A stretch of 37,672 nucleotides of DNA from a virus. Lineage: Duplodnaviria; Caudoviricetes. This document shows, in pieces, positions 26,030 to 35,559 of this stretch (position 1 is the first letter of the stretch; each line of letters opens with the position of its first letter). The stretch lies in the IMG/VR virus record IMGVR_UViG_3300042808_000009, positions 1 through 37,672 of that record; one strand, given 5' to 3'. Both the position numbers and the translations under genes were made by a program. The notes under the pieces were generated by a model that did not search any database, was not told where the DNA came from, and saw nothing but the letters and a program-made list of their open reading frames with translations.

Positions 26030-26764
26030 ATGCCAGAAGAAAATAAGGTAATAGAAAACGCTCCAGTTCAGGAGGATAATAAAGAACAGATAGTGGTAGA
26101 AAACAAGAAGCCAACTATTGAGAACATCTTAGAAGAATCAAAACCTTCAAGGACAGTTCCAGAATCTGTATTCATTCAGCAGAAGAACGAAGCTAAAAAA
26201 CATAAGAACGAAAATGTTAAGCTAAGTAACGAAATCGCTGAACTTAGGAGACAGATTGATAGTGGCGAGATAAGTAAGAGGGAAGGTAATGATAGCATCG
26301 ACAAGCTAGCGGAAGAGTACAATGTCGATAAAGACTTCGTAGGAAAGCTTGCATCAGCCATAAAAGCTGATACAGAAGCCAAATTTGAAGAGAAGCTAAG
26401 ACCTTTCAAGGAAAAGGAGAAGAAAGAGACATTCGACAAGGTATTCAAAGAACATTATAATAATGCTCTTAAAGAAATGCCAGAGTTTGCAAATATTGCA
26501 GATGAGGATGTCATAAAAGCTCTTGCCCTAAGACCTGAAAATAAAGATAAGTCTTTAGAGGACATCTTCGAGAAAGTTTACGGTAAAGTAGTTGTAAGAG
26601 AAAAGAAGCCAGTAGAATCATACACTCCAGGAGGAGAGAAATTGAATCCTGCTGTAGATATGAAAAGGGCTGAGACAGATATTGACTACTTGAATAAAGT
26701 TCTTGATGACCCTTCCACAAAAAAGATTTATAATGAAAATAGAGCAAGAGAGCAGAAAAGATAA
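26030..26764 (+). CDS. Scaffolding protein
   Basis: ATG 26030 (MPEENK); charged coiled coil with 'TVPESVF...K'; directly upstream of the capsid gene. Confidence 0.75.
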   Translation: MPEENKVIENAPVQEDNKEQIVVENKKPTIENILEESKPSRTVPESVFIQQKNEAKKHKNENVKLSNEIAELRRQIDSGEISKREGNDSIDKLAEEYNVDKDFVGKLASAIKADTEAKFEEKLRPFKEKEKKETFDKVFKEHYNNALKEMPEFANIADEDVIKALALRPENKDKSLEDIFEKVYGKVVVREKKPVESYTPGGEKLNPAVDMKRAETDIDYLNKVLDDPSTKKIYNENRAREQKR

Positions 26765-26787
26765 ATTAGAAGACCGCTCTTAACAAA

Positions 26788-28002
26788 ATGTCTTTAACCA
26801 AATTTAATAAGGTAGTAAGTAACTCATATCAGGAAGATTTCTACAAGAAAGTAGTAAGTCCAGAGATATGTTCAACAAAATGGAAGGAGCAACTAAAGTA
26901 TGGTGAAAGTATTGAAAGACCATATCTTGACCTTTCCAATGTAAGTGTAAGGGCAACTGTAAAAAATTCAGCATCTACAATCGATGATGTTTTAGACGGT
27001 TCTGAGTTCTTGACAGTTAACCTATCTTTCGAAACAGCAGTAGGTATCCATGATGACGATGTAAAGCAGGCTAGTAACCTAAAGCCAATCGAGAAAATCG
27101 GTTCTCAGCTTGGTAAGAAAATAAGAGTTCACCTTGACGGTTCAGTCCTAAAGGAAATTAAGAACGCTTACCAGACATTTGACACAGGTGATTTGACTAA
27201 CCTCATTTCAACTGGAGTCCCAATGGAACTTAACACAACTAATGTTCCAAAGATGAGTTCGATGATGATGGCTAAGCTAAGAGGAGCAGATATTGATATC
27301 GAAGAATACACAATGTGTTTTGTCGGTGATGCTTTAGCTCTAGCTCTAATTGAGCAGTACCTACAGTCAAAGGCTACTGACAACGCAGCCAACATCTTTG
27401 CTAATGGTTACAAGGGTAAACTAGCAATGGGAAGGATTTATACATCTGAAAACTTGACTGGTGAAGCTGTATTATCTATGGCAACACAGCCTACAGATGG
27501 TGATACAGTAGTTATTAACGGAATTACATTCACCTTCAAGACTGTTCTTGGAGCAGTCGCAGGTAATGTATTGATTGGAGGTTCAGCTGATGTAGCTAGG
27601 GCAAACTTGGCAGCATTGATTAACTCTCCTTCTACTACTACTGCTAACGGAGTAGCATTGTCAGCAGCTAACATCAAAAAGATTAGCGAGACATTAAGGA
27701 TTGCAGCAACTAACGATAACACAGCAAACACAATGACTATCGTTGGTACAGGTTCTGGTAGGTTAGCTGTTTCTGAGACTTTTACTGATGGAACAGATGC
27801 TTGGACAGCAAACTTCATTCACTGCTACTATGGTGTTCAAGGAGAAGGAATCGATTTAGTAGTCCAGGACTTAACAGAAGTAGACATCAGAGAAAATTCC
27901 GACAGAAGGTCATCTAACATCTTTGCTAATTACTTAGCAGGTGTTAAGGTCTTCATCGATGGTGCTAGGAAGTTCTTGGATGTATGGGTTAAGGTTTCCT
28001 AA
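26788..28002 (+). CDS. Major capsid protein (P22-coat-like HK97 fold) with insertion domain
   Basis: Position; KYGESIERP, G.IYTSENL and YLAGVKVF motifs. Confidence 0.8.
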   Translation: MSLTKFNKVVSNSYQEDFYKKVVSPEICSTKWKEQLKYGESIERPYLDLSNVSVRATVKNSASTIDDVLDGSEFLTVNLSFETAVGIHDDDVKQASNLKPIEKIGSQLGKKIRVHLDGSVLKEIKNAYQTFDTGDLTNLISTGVPMELNTTNVPKMSSMMMAKLRGADIDIEEYTMCFVGDALALALIEQYLQSKATDNAANIFANGYKGKLAMGRIYTSENLTGEAVLSMATQPTDGDTVVINGITFTFKTVLGAVAGNVLIGGSADVARANLAALINSPSTTTANGVALSAANIKKISETLRIAATNDNTANTMTIVGTGSGRLAVSETFTDGTDAWTANFIHCYYGVQGEGIDLVVQDLTEVDIRENSDRRSSNIFANYLAGVKVFIDGARKFLDVWVKVS

Positions 28003-28009
28003 CCTTTTT

Positions 28010-28045
28010 GGAGTAGCCTAGCCTAAAAAACTAGGCTCTCCTTTT
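28010..28045 (+). terminator. Intrinsic terminator after the capsid gene
   Basis: GGAG-T-AGCCTAG...CTAGGCT-CTCC-TTTT. Confidence 0.7.
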
Positions 28046-28067
28046 ATAAACTTAAAGAAAAAAAACT

Positions 28068-28706
28068 ATGCGACAAACAGACCCATCATTGCCAGGAGTT
28101 CTAATCTATGAAAAGGATGAGCTTGGATACATCAATAGATGTGACTCGAAAGGTAATCTTTTAACCACAGCATCAAAGTTCGCTATCGGATGCGAAATGA
28201 AAGACACCACTACTGGTAATCTTTATATCAATAAAGGTACTGTAGCAGTTCCATCATGGGAGCTAGCTATAACCGATTTGCCACCTGCTTCAATAGTCAT
28301 TACAAAGCAAGTAACTATATCAGCAGCAGATATCGTAGGAACTGCCGCTGGTCAGCTAGGTCATGCTTCAGGAGTAGTCCTAGTAGCAGACCCAGGTGCA
28401 ACTAAGGCAATCCAGTTCTTAGATGCAATCTTAGATTACGATTACGACACAGCCGCTTATACAGCAGGTGGAAATGTAACTGTAAATTCAAACGGAGGTT
28501 CAGCTTTAACTGGAGTAGTTTCAGCAGCAAACTCTTTAGGAGCTGCCGCAGATAAGATTGTCCAATTCGTTCCATTAGCAGCCACAGCAACAAACTTGAC
28601 AGCTAATAAGGGATTGAACCTAGTAGCCGCTTCAGCTTTCACACAGCCTGGAACTGCCGCTGGTACAGTCGTTGTTACCGTAAGATACATCGAAATATCT
28701 TTGTAA
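28068..28706 (+). CDS. Putative capsid decoration/cement protein
   Basis: Follows the capsid gene; Ala/Gly/Thr-rich beta-sandwich ending GTVVVTVRY. Confidence 0.55.
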   Translation: MRQTDPSLPGVLIYEKDELGYINRCDSKGNLLTTASKFAIGCEMKDTTTGNLYINKGTVAVPSWELAITDLPPASIVITKQVTISAADIVGTAAGQLGHASGVVLVADPGATKAIQFLDAILDYDYDTAAYTAGGNVTVNSNGGSALTGVVSAANSLGAAADKIVQFVPLAATATNLTANKGLNLVAASAFTQPGTAAGTVVVTVRYIEISL

Positions 28707-28751
28707 TTTTACATACTGCCCTATAAAGGGTAGTAGTAAGAATATAAAAAT

Positions 28752-29372
28752 ATGAACACAGTACAAGAAATACTAACAGCTTTTGAATTAGAAGTAGACG
28801 ACAGTTCTGAGCTATCATCTTCAGAGGAACTGAGTATTTTGAATAGGAACTACATGTTGCTTGCTACTGATAGACCATGGGAGGAATTGAAGAAGGGAGC
28901 ATCAGGAAATATCCTATCAGATTCAATCGGTTATTACATTACTCTTCCTACTGACTTTATGTCATTCGCAGAGAGGGATGATAATGGAGGAAAATGGAAG
29001 ATATATGTTGGTTCTCAATTAGAAGAATATTCAGTAGTTCCATTTTCAGAAAGAAGAAATTATAGGAACATGAGCGGATATGCTTATCTTGATATGCAGA
29101 ACAGAAAGATATATTTTTCTTACACTCCAGTAGAATTTACATACGAGTTCGACTATTGCAAGATACCTAGCGAACTTATTATAGCAACAACACCTACCCC
29201 GATAGTCCCATTCTTTCCTTCTTCTTACTGGCACATATTGGTACACATGATGGCCAGAGACTCTTACATCATATCACTATTCGAAAAGGATAGAGCTTAC
29301 ACCAAAGAGCAGGAATTAAAGTATCAAGAGTGGTTCGGTAAATTATCACTTTATAACGCAAACCTAGCATAA
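28752..29372 (+). CDS. Head-tail adaptor (P22 gp4/T7 gp11-like)
   Basis: RPWEEL, ITLPTDF, P..P..YWHILV motifs; size and position. Confidence 0.7.
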   Translation: MNTVQEILTAFELEVDDSSELSSSEELSILNRNYMLLATDRPWEELKKGASGNILSDSIGYYITLPTDFMSFAERDDNGGKWKIYVGSQLEEYSVVPFSERRNYRNMSGYAYLDMQNRKIYFSYTPVEFTYEFDYCKIPSELIIATTPTPIVPFFPSSYWHILVHMMARDSYIISLFEKDRAYTKEQELKYQEWFGKLSLYNANLA

Positions 29373-31732
29373 TGGACAACGAAGTAAAAAAATTTAATGC
29401 TGGAATATACAATCAAGAGCCAGCATCGGAGATACCTACTAATGCCGCTCAAGACAGCATGAATTGGATTACTGGAAATGGAAAAATAACCTTATCTCAT
29501 GGAAGGAAATTGATAGGAACTGAAGGAGGAATCGGAAGGAATGACGGAGAGCATTATACCTACAAGACAAGCGGAGAGAGAGTGAGATATAGGAAAATAG
29601 GAACAAAAATTCAATACTGGAACGGGTCTTCTTATGTAGATGTCATTACTGGATTAACTGCCGATTCAGATTATTCATTTGCCAACTATTCATCTTTAGC
29701 TGGTAACTTTTTGATTATAAGCGGAGTAGACGGTCTTTATAAGATTAATACCGCTAATCCTACAGACTACCTATCTCTTTATGTCAAAGGAACTAACGAC
29801 AAGGGAAAGATATTAATTGATAAGAGTAGGATGCTAATGTGGGATTGTTCAGATGTTACTAAGACATCTCTTAGAGTATCTTGGATTGATGGACAAGATT
29901 CTAGTACATACACTACTATTACAGGGGAGCTTCTCGAGGGAAGCGGAACTACCTATGTCGGAACTTTAGACTTTAAGTCTCTTGTAGCTATCGCTAATTG
30001 CTTCGCTTTGGAGATTACAGCAAACACAGCGGGAGGAACTGAGACATTCAAAGATAACCGAGATGGAACTCTTACTGGCTCGCTAGGAGGAACTGGAACT
30101 ATCAATTATATTACAGGAGCATATTCAATTACTTTCAATAGTGCAGTTACCTTATTGGTAGACCAGCAGCAGACAACTCAAGATACTGCTGTCGCTTTCG
30201 GTGAGGCTGATGCAACGACAAAATACTTCATAATAGCTCAGAAGTTTAGACCATCAAAGACAGCACTAGGCGGAGTAAGGCTTTATAAGAAAGCTAATAC
30301 TGGAACACCAGTAGGAGCAATAACTATTGATGTAGTGGCAGACAATGCAGGTTCTCCATCATCTACTGTCCTAGCAAGCGTTACTATTCCAATAGCGACA
30401 TATAATGCCCTGCCAATCGGAGAGTTCGAAGCATTATTTACTTCTGCGATAACAGTAGGAATTACTACTGATTACTGGTTAAGAGCATACACTTCTGCTG
30501 ATACTTCTAACCATCCAAACCTGGGAGCAAATAGTGCGGGAGGATATGCTAGCGGTTCGGTTAAATACTATAATGTAACTGACGGATGGACAGCAATAGC
30601 AACAATAGACTTATACTTCAAGACAATATATGGAAATGCTAGTGTTACATACCAATACGAGAACTCAAACAGTAAAGGTATAACAGATTTTACTTTCTCA
30701 TTACCAAGAGTAGAGGGAACAGGAAATATAATATCTCAAGATATAGGAGGTGATAAGATTGTAAATGTCCTAATAGGTCAAGACGGAGCTTATTATTCTC
30801 TAAAGGAAAAGTCAGCCTATAAATTAGATATAGCTCCAGATGATGCGTCTTTTGATAATAATGTATATCGTAGAGAAATAGGAACTCCTTTTTTCAGAGC
30901 ATCAATATCTTCTTCTAAAGGAATAGTTTTTGTAAATACTGCCAATGAAGAAAAACCGATTCTTACTATTCTTCAAAGAAATGAGCTAGGAAACGAAGTA
31001 GAGCCGACCGACTTATTGACCCATTTCGATTTCAGCCTATTCGATTATTCAGATGCATGCATGGAAGTATTCGATAATTATATATTGATAGCTTGTAGAT
31101 TGAATGGAAGCACGAGCAATGATAGAATATTATTGTGCGACATAGTAGATGGAACGGTGGATGTCCTAAAATTCAGAGCCAGGACTTTTGCAAAAGAAGG
31201 AGGAGATATCTACGCAGGTCATCCGCTGACAATGAACACTTACAAGATATTTGATGGTTTCGATGATGATGGAGTAATAATTGATAACTATTGGATAGGA
31301 AAAGAAGAAGATTACAGCTCTAATAGATTAAAGAAATTTAGGAAGCTAATGTTGCAAGGATTGATAGACCCAGACCAGGCTTTAGAGATTTATATTGATT
31401 ATGACAATTCTGGATTCGAACTTGTAGGAACTGTAGTAGGTTCAGGAGCTTATGTAGATTACGCATCTTCTCAATCAATAGGAAGCAATATGCTAGGAAG
31501 TTCACAGCTAGGAGGAGATGATTTCGTAGAAGCTTATCCTTACTTATGCGAAATAAAAATGAAGTGTCCAAAGTTTAGGAATAGAGTTATAAAATATATC
31601 GCTAAAGGAATTGGATATATTGATATAAAAACATCGACTGATGTAGATATATTATCTTTCGAGAATAGAATACCTAAAAAGTACCGTCAAAAACAGAATG
31701 TATCTTTAGACGGATTATCAACCGATAACTAA
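29372..31732 (+). CDS. Tail nozzle/DNA-stabilisation protein (P22 gp10/T7 gp12-like) with inserted domains
   Basis: 786 aa beta-rich; KKFRKLMLQG C-terminal motif; follows the adaptor. Confidence 0.7.
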   Translation: MDNEVKKFNAGIYNQEPASEIPTNAAQDSMNWITGNGKITLSHGRKLIGTEGGIGRNDGEHYTYKTSGERVRYRKIGTKIQYWNGSSYVDVITGLTADSDYSFANYSSLAGNFLIISGVDGLYKINTANPTDYLSLYVKGTNDKGKILIDKSRMLMWDCSDVTKTSLRVSWIDGQDSSTYTTITGELLEGSGTTYVGTLDFKSLVAIANCFALEITANTAGGTETFKDNRDGTLTGSLGGTGTINYITGAYSITFNSAVTLLVDQQQTTQDTAVAFGEADATTKYFIIAQKFRPSKTALGGVRLYKKANTGTPVGAITIDVVADNAGSPSSTVLASVTIPIATYNALPIGEFEALFTSAITVGITTDYWLRAYTSADTSNHPNLGANSAGGYASGSVKYYNVTDGWTAIATIDLYFKTIYGNASVTYQYENSNSKGITDFTFSLPRVEGTGNIISQDIGGDKIVNVLIGQDGAYYSLKEKSAYKLDIAPDDASFDNNVYRREIGTPFFRASISSSKGIVFVNTANEEKPILTILQRNELGNEVEPTDLLTHFDFSLFDYSDACMEVFDNYILIACRLNGSTSNDRILLCDIVDGTVDVLKFRARTFAKEGGDIYAGHPLTMNTYKIFDGFDDDGVIIDNYWIGKEEDYSSNRLKKFRKLMLQGLIDPDQALEIYIDYDNSGFELVGTVVGSGAYVDYASSQSIGSNMLGSSQLGGDDFVEAYPYLCEIKMKCPKFRNRVIKYIAKGIGYIDIKTSTDVDILSFENRIPKKYRQKQNVSLDGLSTDN

Positions 31733-31738
31733 AAAAAT

Positions 31739-33346
31739 ATGTTAATTCTTGGAAAAATAGTAGCAGATTTTAGAACACAATTAAACTCTAAAATACTTGC
31801 TACAGAAGAAGCATGCTCTATAGAATCTATCTTGACCGATGATGGAGATACTATTCCAAACGGGAATTATTTCTTCACTATAGATGGAGATAGTTCTCAG
31901 AAGGAGCATATAATGGCTACTCTAACTGCAAAAGTAGGCGGAGGGGCTGATTTGACTAATATAAAGAGTATTTCTAGGCTAGGAGTAGATTCAGTAGGTG
32001 TAGTAAGAGAACATAGAGTAGGGGCTACTATCACAGTTACAGACTGGGCTATAATGAAAGCCATTCTTAATCTTTTAGACGGAACTTCAGATTTTGATGC
32101 TGATGTACCTCTTGGATATGATGGAAATCCAATTCTAGTTGCTGGAAGTAATAAGTTCGCTACTGTAAAATATGTAGACGATACAGCTATCGCAGGAAGT
32201 CCTAAGGCTACTGAAGCTACTTTCGGTCTGACTAGGTTAAGTAAGGCAGCCGCAGACCCAGTAACACCAATCGCAGTAGGAGATAATGATGATAGAGTGC
32301 CAACACAGACAGAGAATGATGCACTACCAGGTACAAGCGGAACACCAAGCACGACAAATAAATTCGTAACAGAGAACGATACATCGAACTATTCTACTAT
32401 AACAGCAGGAACTATTTCATTTACAGCAGGAACAAAGACAATCGGAGATAGCGGTTCAGGATTTGTTACATCTAATTTCAGAGCGGGAGATAGTATCGTA
32501 GTTTCAGGCTCAGCGTCAAACAACGGAACATTCACTATTGTATCTGTAGCAGCGGGTGCAATCGTAGTTGCAGAGTCACTTACTGGAGAACTAGCGGGGG
32601 CAAGTGTTACGATTACTACGGTTACCGCTAATAAGGTTTATAGGCTAAAATCAAATGGAAAAATTGATGCAACAAAGCTAGAAGGAGATTTACCTGCTAT
32701 TAGTGGTGCTAATTTAACTGGAGTACTAGCTTCTAATTTAGATAAATATTCTGGATTAGGAGAAGCAACAACTAATAAAACAAGGTGGAACTATCAGCTA
32801 CCTTTTTCAAGCTTTTCTCATAGTAACGCTGCTATTACTAGCTATACATTTTATGCAACAAGGACAGTTTCATCTTCTAATAACTATAGTGCTGCTGCTG
32901 TTTATAATGGACAATTTACACCTCTATATTTTGCTACTAAGAACTTTGCTGTAGAATTTTTCATGAAATTAAATTCTACTGGAACTAATACGGTAAAGGC
33001 TGGATTTAATGATTTACAAGGTTTTTATGGAGCATATAATGAAACTACATACGACTGTGCTGAATTTTCTATAGCTCCAGATGGAAAACTTTATTCTCAT
33101 GTAGCTAATGGAACTAATTCTACCGTAACTGAAATTACAGGAATAACTTTAACATCATGGAATAGATATAGAATTGAAGTAGATGCAGCTGGAGAATGTA
33201 GGTTCTATGTAAACGGAGTATTAAAAGATACTAGGACAACTAATGTTCCAAATGGAAATCTAGTTAATTTTGGATTAGGTGGGTCAGGAAGTGCAACAAA
33301 TTTGGTCGACACAATATCATTACCAGAGTTTTCAGTAGCAATATAA
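31739..33346 (+). CDS. Tail fibre/spike with C-terminal LamG/ConA-like domain
   Basis: ATVKYVD, ATEATFGLTRLS, AISGANLTG fibre motifs; WNRYRIEV..G.C.FYVNG. Confidence 0.7.
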   Translation: MLILGKIVADFRTQLNSKILATEEACSIESILTDDGDTIPNGNYFFTIDGDSSQKEHIMATLTAKVGGGADLTNIKSISRLGVDSVGVVREHRVGATITVTDWAIMKAILNLLDGTSDFDADVPLGYDGNPILVAGSNKFATVKYVDDTAIAGSPKATEATFGLTRLSKAAADPVTPIAVGDNDDRVPTQTENDALPGTSGTPSTTNKFVTENDTSNYSTITAGTISFTAGTKTIGDSGSGFVTSNFRAGDSIVVSGSASNNGTFTIVSVAAGAIVVAESLTGELAGASVTITTVTANKVYRLKSNGKIDATKLEGDLPAISGANLTGVLASNLDKYSGLGEATTNKTRWNYQLPFSSFSHSNAAITSYTFYATRTVSSSNNYSAAAVYNGQFTPLYFATKNFAVEFFMKLNSTGTNTVKAGFNDLQGFYGAYNETTYDCAEFSIAPDGKLYSHVANGTNSTVTEITGITLTSWNRYRIEVDAAGECRFYVNGVLKDTRTTNVPNGNLVNFGLGGSGSATNLVDTISLPEFSVAI

Positions 33347-33350
33347 AAAT

Positions 33351-35555
33351 ATGCCAATACCAAAATATATACAAGACCCAAACAACCCTTTCGCTTCTAT
33401 CCCAAATCCTGCTTACGATAGAACAAAGACACAGGCGGAAAATGATTTTAATCAGGATAATTTGTCATCTAGTAATATTAAAAAGTCTACTGTCAGTCAA
33501 GGAGTAACTCCACTCCCAGAAGTTAAAACTGCTACTGTTCCAGAAAAACCAGCTATTACTACAGAAACTATACCAGAGACAACCACAGCGACAGATACAA
33601 TTCAGCCAAAAGTATCAAAAATGACTTTAGCTGACTTAGGACTAGACTATTCCCCTACTGAAGACCAGATAGCAATCGATAAGGCTCAAAAAGATATTAT
33701 CGGTATTTATCCAAAAGAATCACCAGATGAGGCAAAGACAAGAGAGGAAGTCCTAAGACAATTCAGAGGAGAGATTGATGCTCTTGATGTAGCTAAAGCA
33801 GCTCAATTAGCTGACCTAGAAAGAAGCTATCAGAAAAAAGAAGAAAGGAGCTTAGGTAGTTCTAGGGCTTTACTTGCAAATACTGGTATGCTCGGGCAGG
33901 TAGGCGGAGAGACTATTCAGCAAGGAATAATAAGTGATATAGAAAGACAGAGAATGTCAGATGTAAATAAGGTTAGGTCTGATTTCGAAGAGAAGAGACA
34001 AAAACTATTATCTGAAGCAAGAACAACTGGAGAGACAACTTATAACGCTAGAAAAAATGCTTTTGCAGAAGGTAGTAAGGCTTTAGTAGATTACATAAAA
34101 TCTAAAGGAGAGACAAGGAAGCAAAACACTAAGAGTTTTGTAGATAGTGCTATCGCTAGCGAAATAGACCTATCAAAAGAAGATTTGACAGAATATGCTA
34201 AGTCTCTCGGAGTTTCTAAAGGAGATATATTAGCTCAATACAATATAGCTAAGATTGCTAATGATAAGGTAAAGGCGGAAGCGGCAAAGGCTGAGGCGGA
34301 GAGATTAAAGTTAGCAGCTGAGACAGGAAGAATAACTGCTGAGACAGGAAAACTAGGAGCAGAAACATCTAAGATAGGAGTAGAGAAAGCTGTCGAACAG
34401 TACAAGCTCGATAACCCAGAAAAGCAGTACAACAATATTAAGGAAGTAGATGGCGGACTGTACGATATGGACACAAAGACTTGGTTAGTACAACCTAAAG
34501 GAGAAGCTGCTGATTGGTCATACAACAAAGATGTAAATGGGCTAGTAAACTCTAAAACTGGAGAAGTAAAACCATACGAGGCATCTGGAGGTGCTGGAGC
34601 TACTGCTAAAGTTTATGCTAACGATACTAAGATTTCCGAGATTGATAATCTTCTTAAAGGAGATAGCGGAATACTAAGTGCTGTCGGAACAATTGACAGA
34701 GGAGCATTATCTGGACTAGGAGCTGTAGAAGGATTCCAAGGTAAGACTCAAAACTTTATAGCTGGAGTAGAACAGTTAGTCAAAGAGATGACCCTTGATA
34801 AACTTATTAATGCAAAAGCTCAAGGTGCTACATTCGGAGCATTGTCTGAAGGAGAGCTGAAGTTACTGTCTGATAGTGCCTCTAAGATTGGTACATGGGC
34901 TGTCAAAGATGATAAAGGAAATATCACTGGTTACAATGTAGACGAAGGTTCTTTCAAGAAAGAGTTACAGAAGATTCAAGACGGTCTCAAACTCGATAAG
35001 GCTATAAGTCTAGGAAAACAATCTGGAGTATCAGCAGACGAAGTTAGACAGACAATAATTGAGCTTAACAACAAGTATCAAGGAACAGACATGGAAGGAA
35101 AAGGATACGATAGAGTATTAGAAAAACTACAGACTTCTTCATCGGGAAATACTAATGGTGGAGGCGGTACACCTACAGCCTCGTCTGATGCTCAATCAAT
35201 AGTTAACGCTATAAAGAAAACAGAAAGTAGCGGAAACTATGGAGCTAAGGGATTAAGCGGAGAGACTGGAGCATATCAATTTATGCCAGCAACATTTAAT
35301 GCTTATGCGAAAGAATACACTATACAAACAGGAGAACCAATATCAGGACAGACACCAGAAAATCAAGATAAGATAGCATTATTTAAGGTGCAACAATGGA
35401 TAGATAAAGGTTATGATGCAAAACAAATTGCTTCAATGTGGAACGCAGGAGAAGGAAGACCAGATGCCTGGAAGAATTGGAAAGGTGTAAATGCTTTTGG
35501 AGTAGCATACGATACTCCTGCTTATGTAAATAAAGTATTATCAAATTTAGGATAA
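33351..35555 (+). CDS. DNA ejection/internal virion protein with C-terminal lytic transglycosylase domain
   Basis: Coiled coils, GATFGALSEGEL; KTESSGNY...GAYQFMPATF...WNAG...YVNKV. Confidence 0.8.
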   Translation: MPIPKYIQDPNNPFASIPNPAYDRTKTQAENDFNQDNLSSSNIKKSTVSQGVTPLPEVKTATVPEKPAITTETIPETTTATDTIQPKVSKMTLADLGLDYSPTEDQIAIDKAQKDIIGIYPKESPDEAKTREEVLRQFRGEIDALDVAKAAQLADLERSYQKKEERSLGSSRALLANTGMLGQVGGETIQQGIISDIERQRMSDVNKVRSDFEEKRQKLLSEARTTGETTYNARKNAFAEGSKALVDYIKSKGETRKQNTKSFVDSAIASEIDLSKEDLTEYAKSLGVSKGDILAQYNIAKIANDKVKAEAAKAEAERLKLAAETGRITAETGKLGAETSKIGVEKAVEQYKLDNPEKQYNNIKEVDGGLYDMDTKTWLVQPKGEAADWSYNKDVNGLVNSKTGEVKPYEASGGAGATAKVYANDTKISEIDNLLKGDSGILSAVGTIDRGALSGLGAVEGFQGKTQNFIAGVEQLVKEMTLDKLINAKAQGATFGALSEGELKLLSDSASKIGTWAVKDDKGNITGYNVDEGSFKKELQKIQDGLKLDKAISLGKQSGVSADEVRQTIIELNNKYQGTDMEGKGYDRVLEKLQTSSSGNTNGGGGTPTASSDAQSIVNAIKKTESSGNYGAKGLSGETGAYQFMPATFNAYAKEYTIQTGEPISGQTPENQDKIALFKVQQWIDKGYDAKQIASMWNAGEGRPDAWKNWKGVNAFGVAYDTPAYVNKVLSNLG

Positions 35556-35559
35556 AAAT

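Noticed and set aside
31739-33346. Diversity-generating retroelement acting on a tail fibre
   Set aside because: No reverse transcriptase and no TR/VR repeat pair seen
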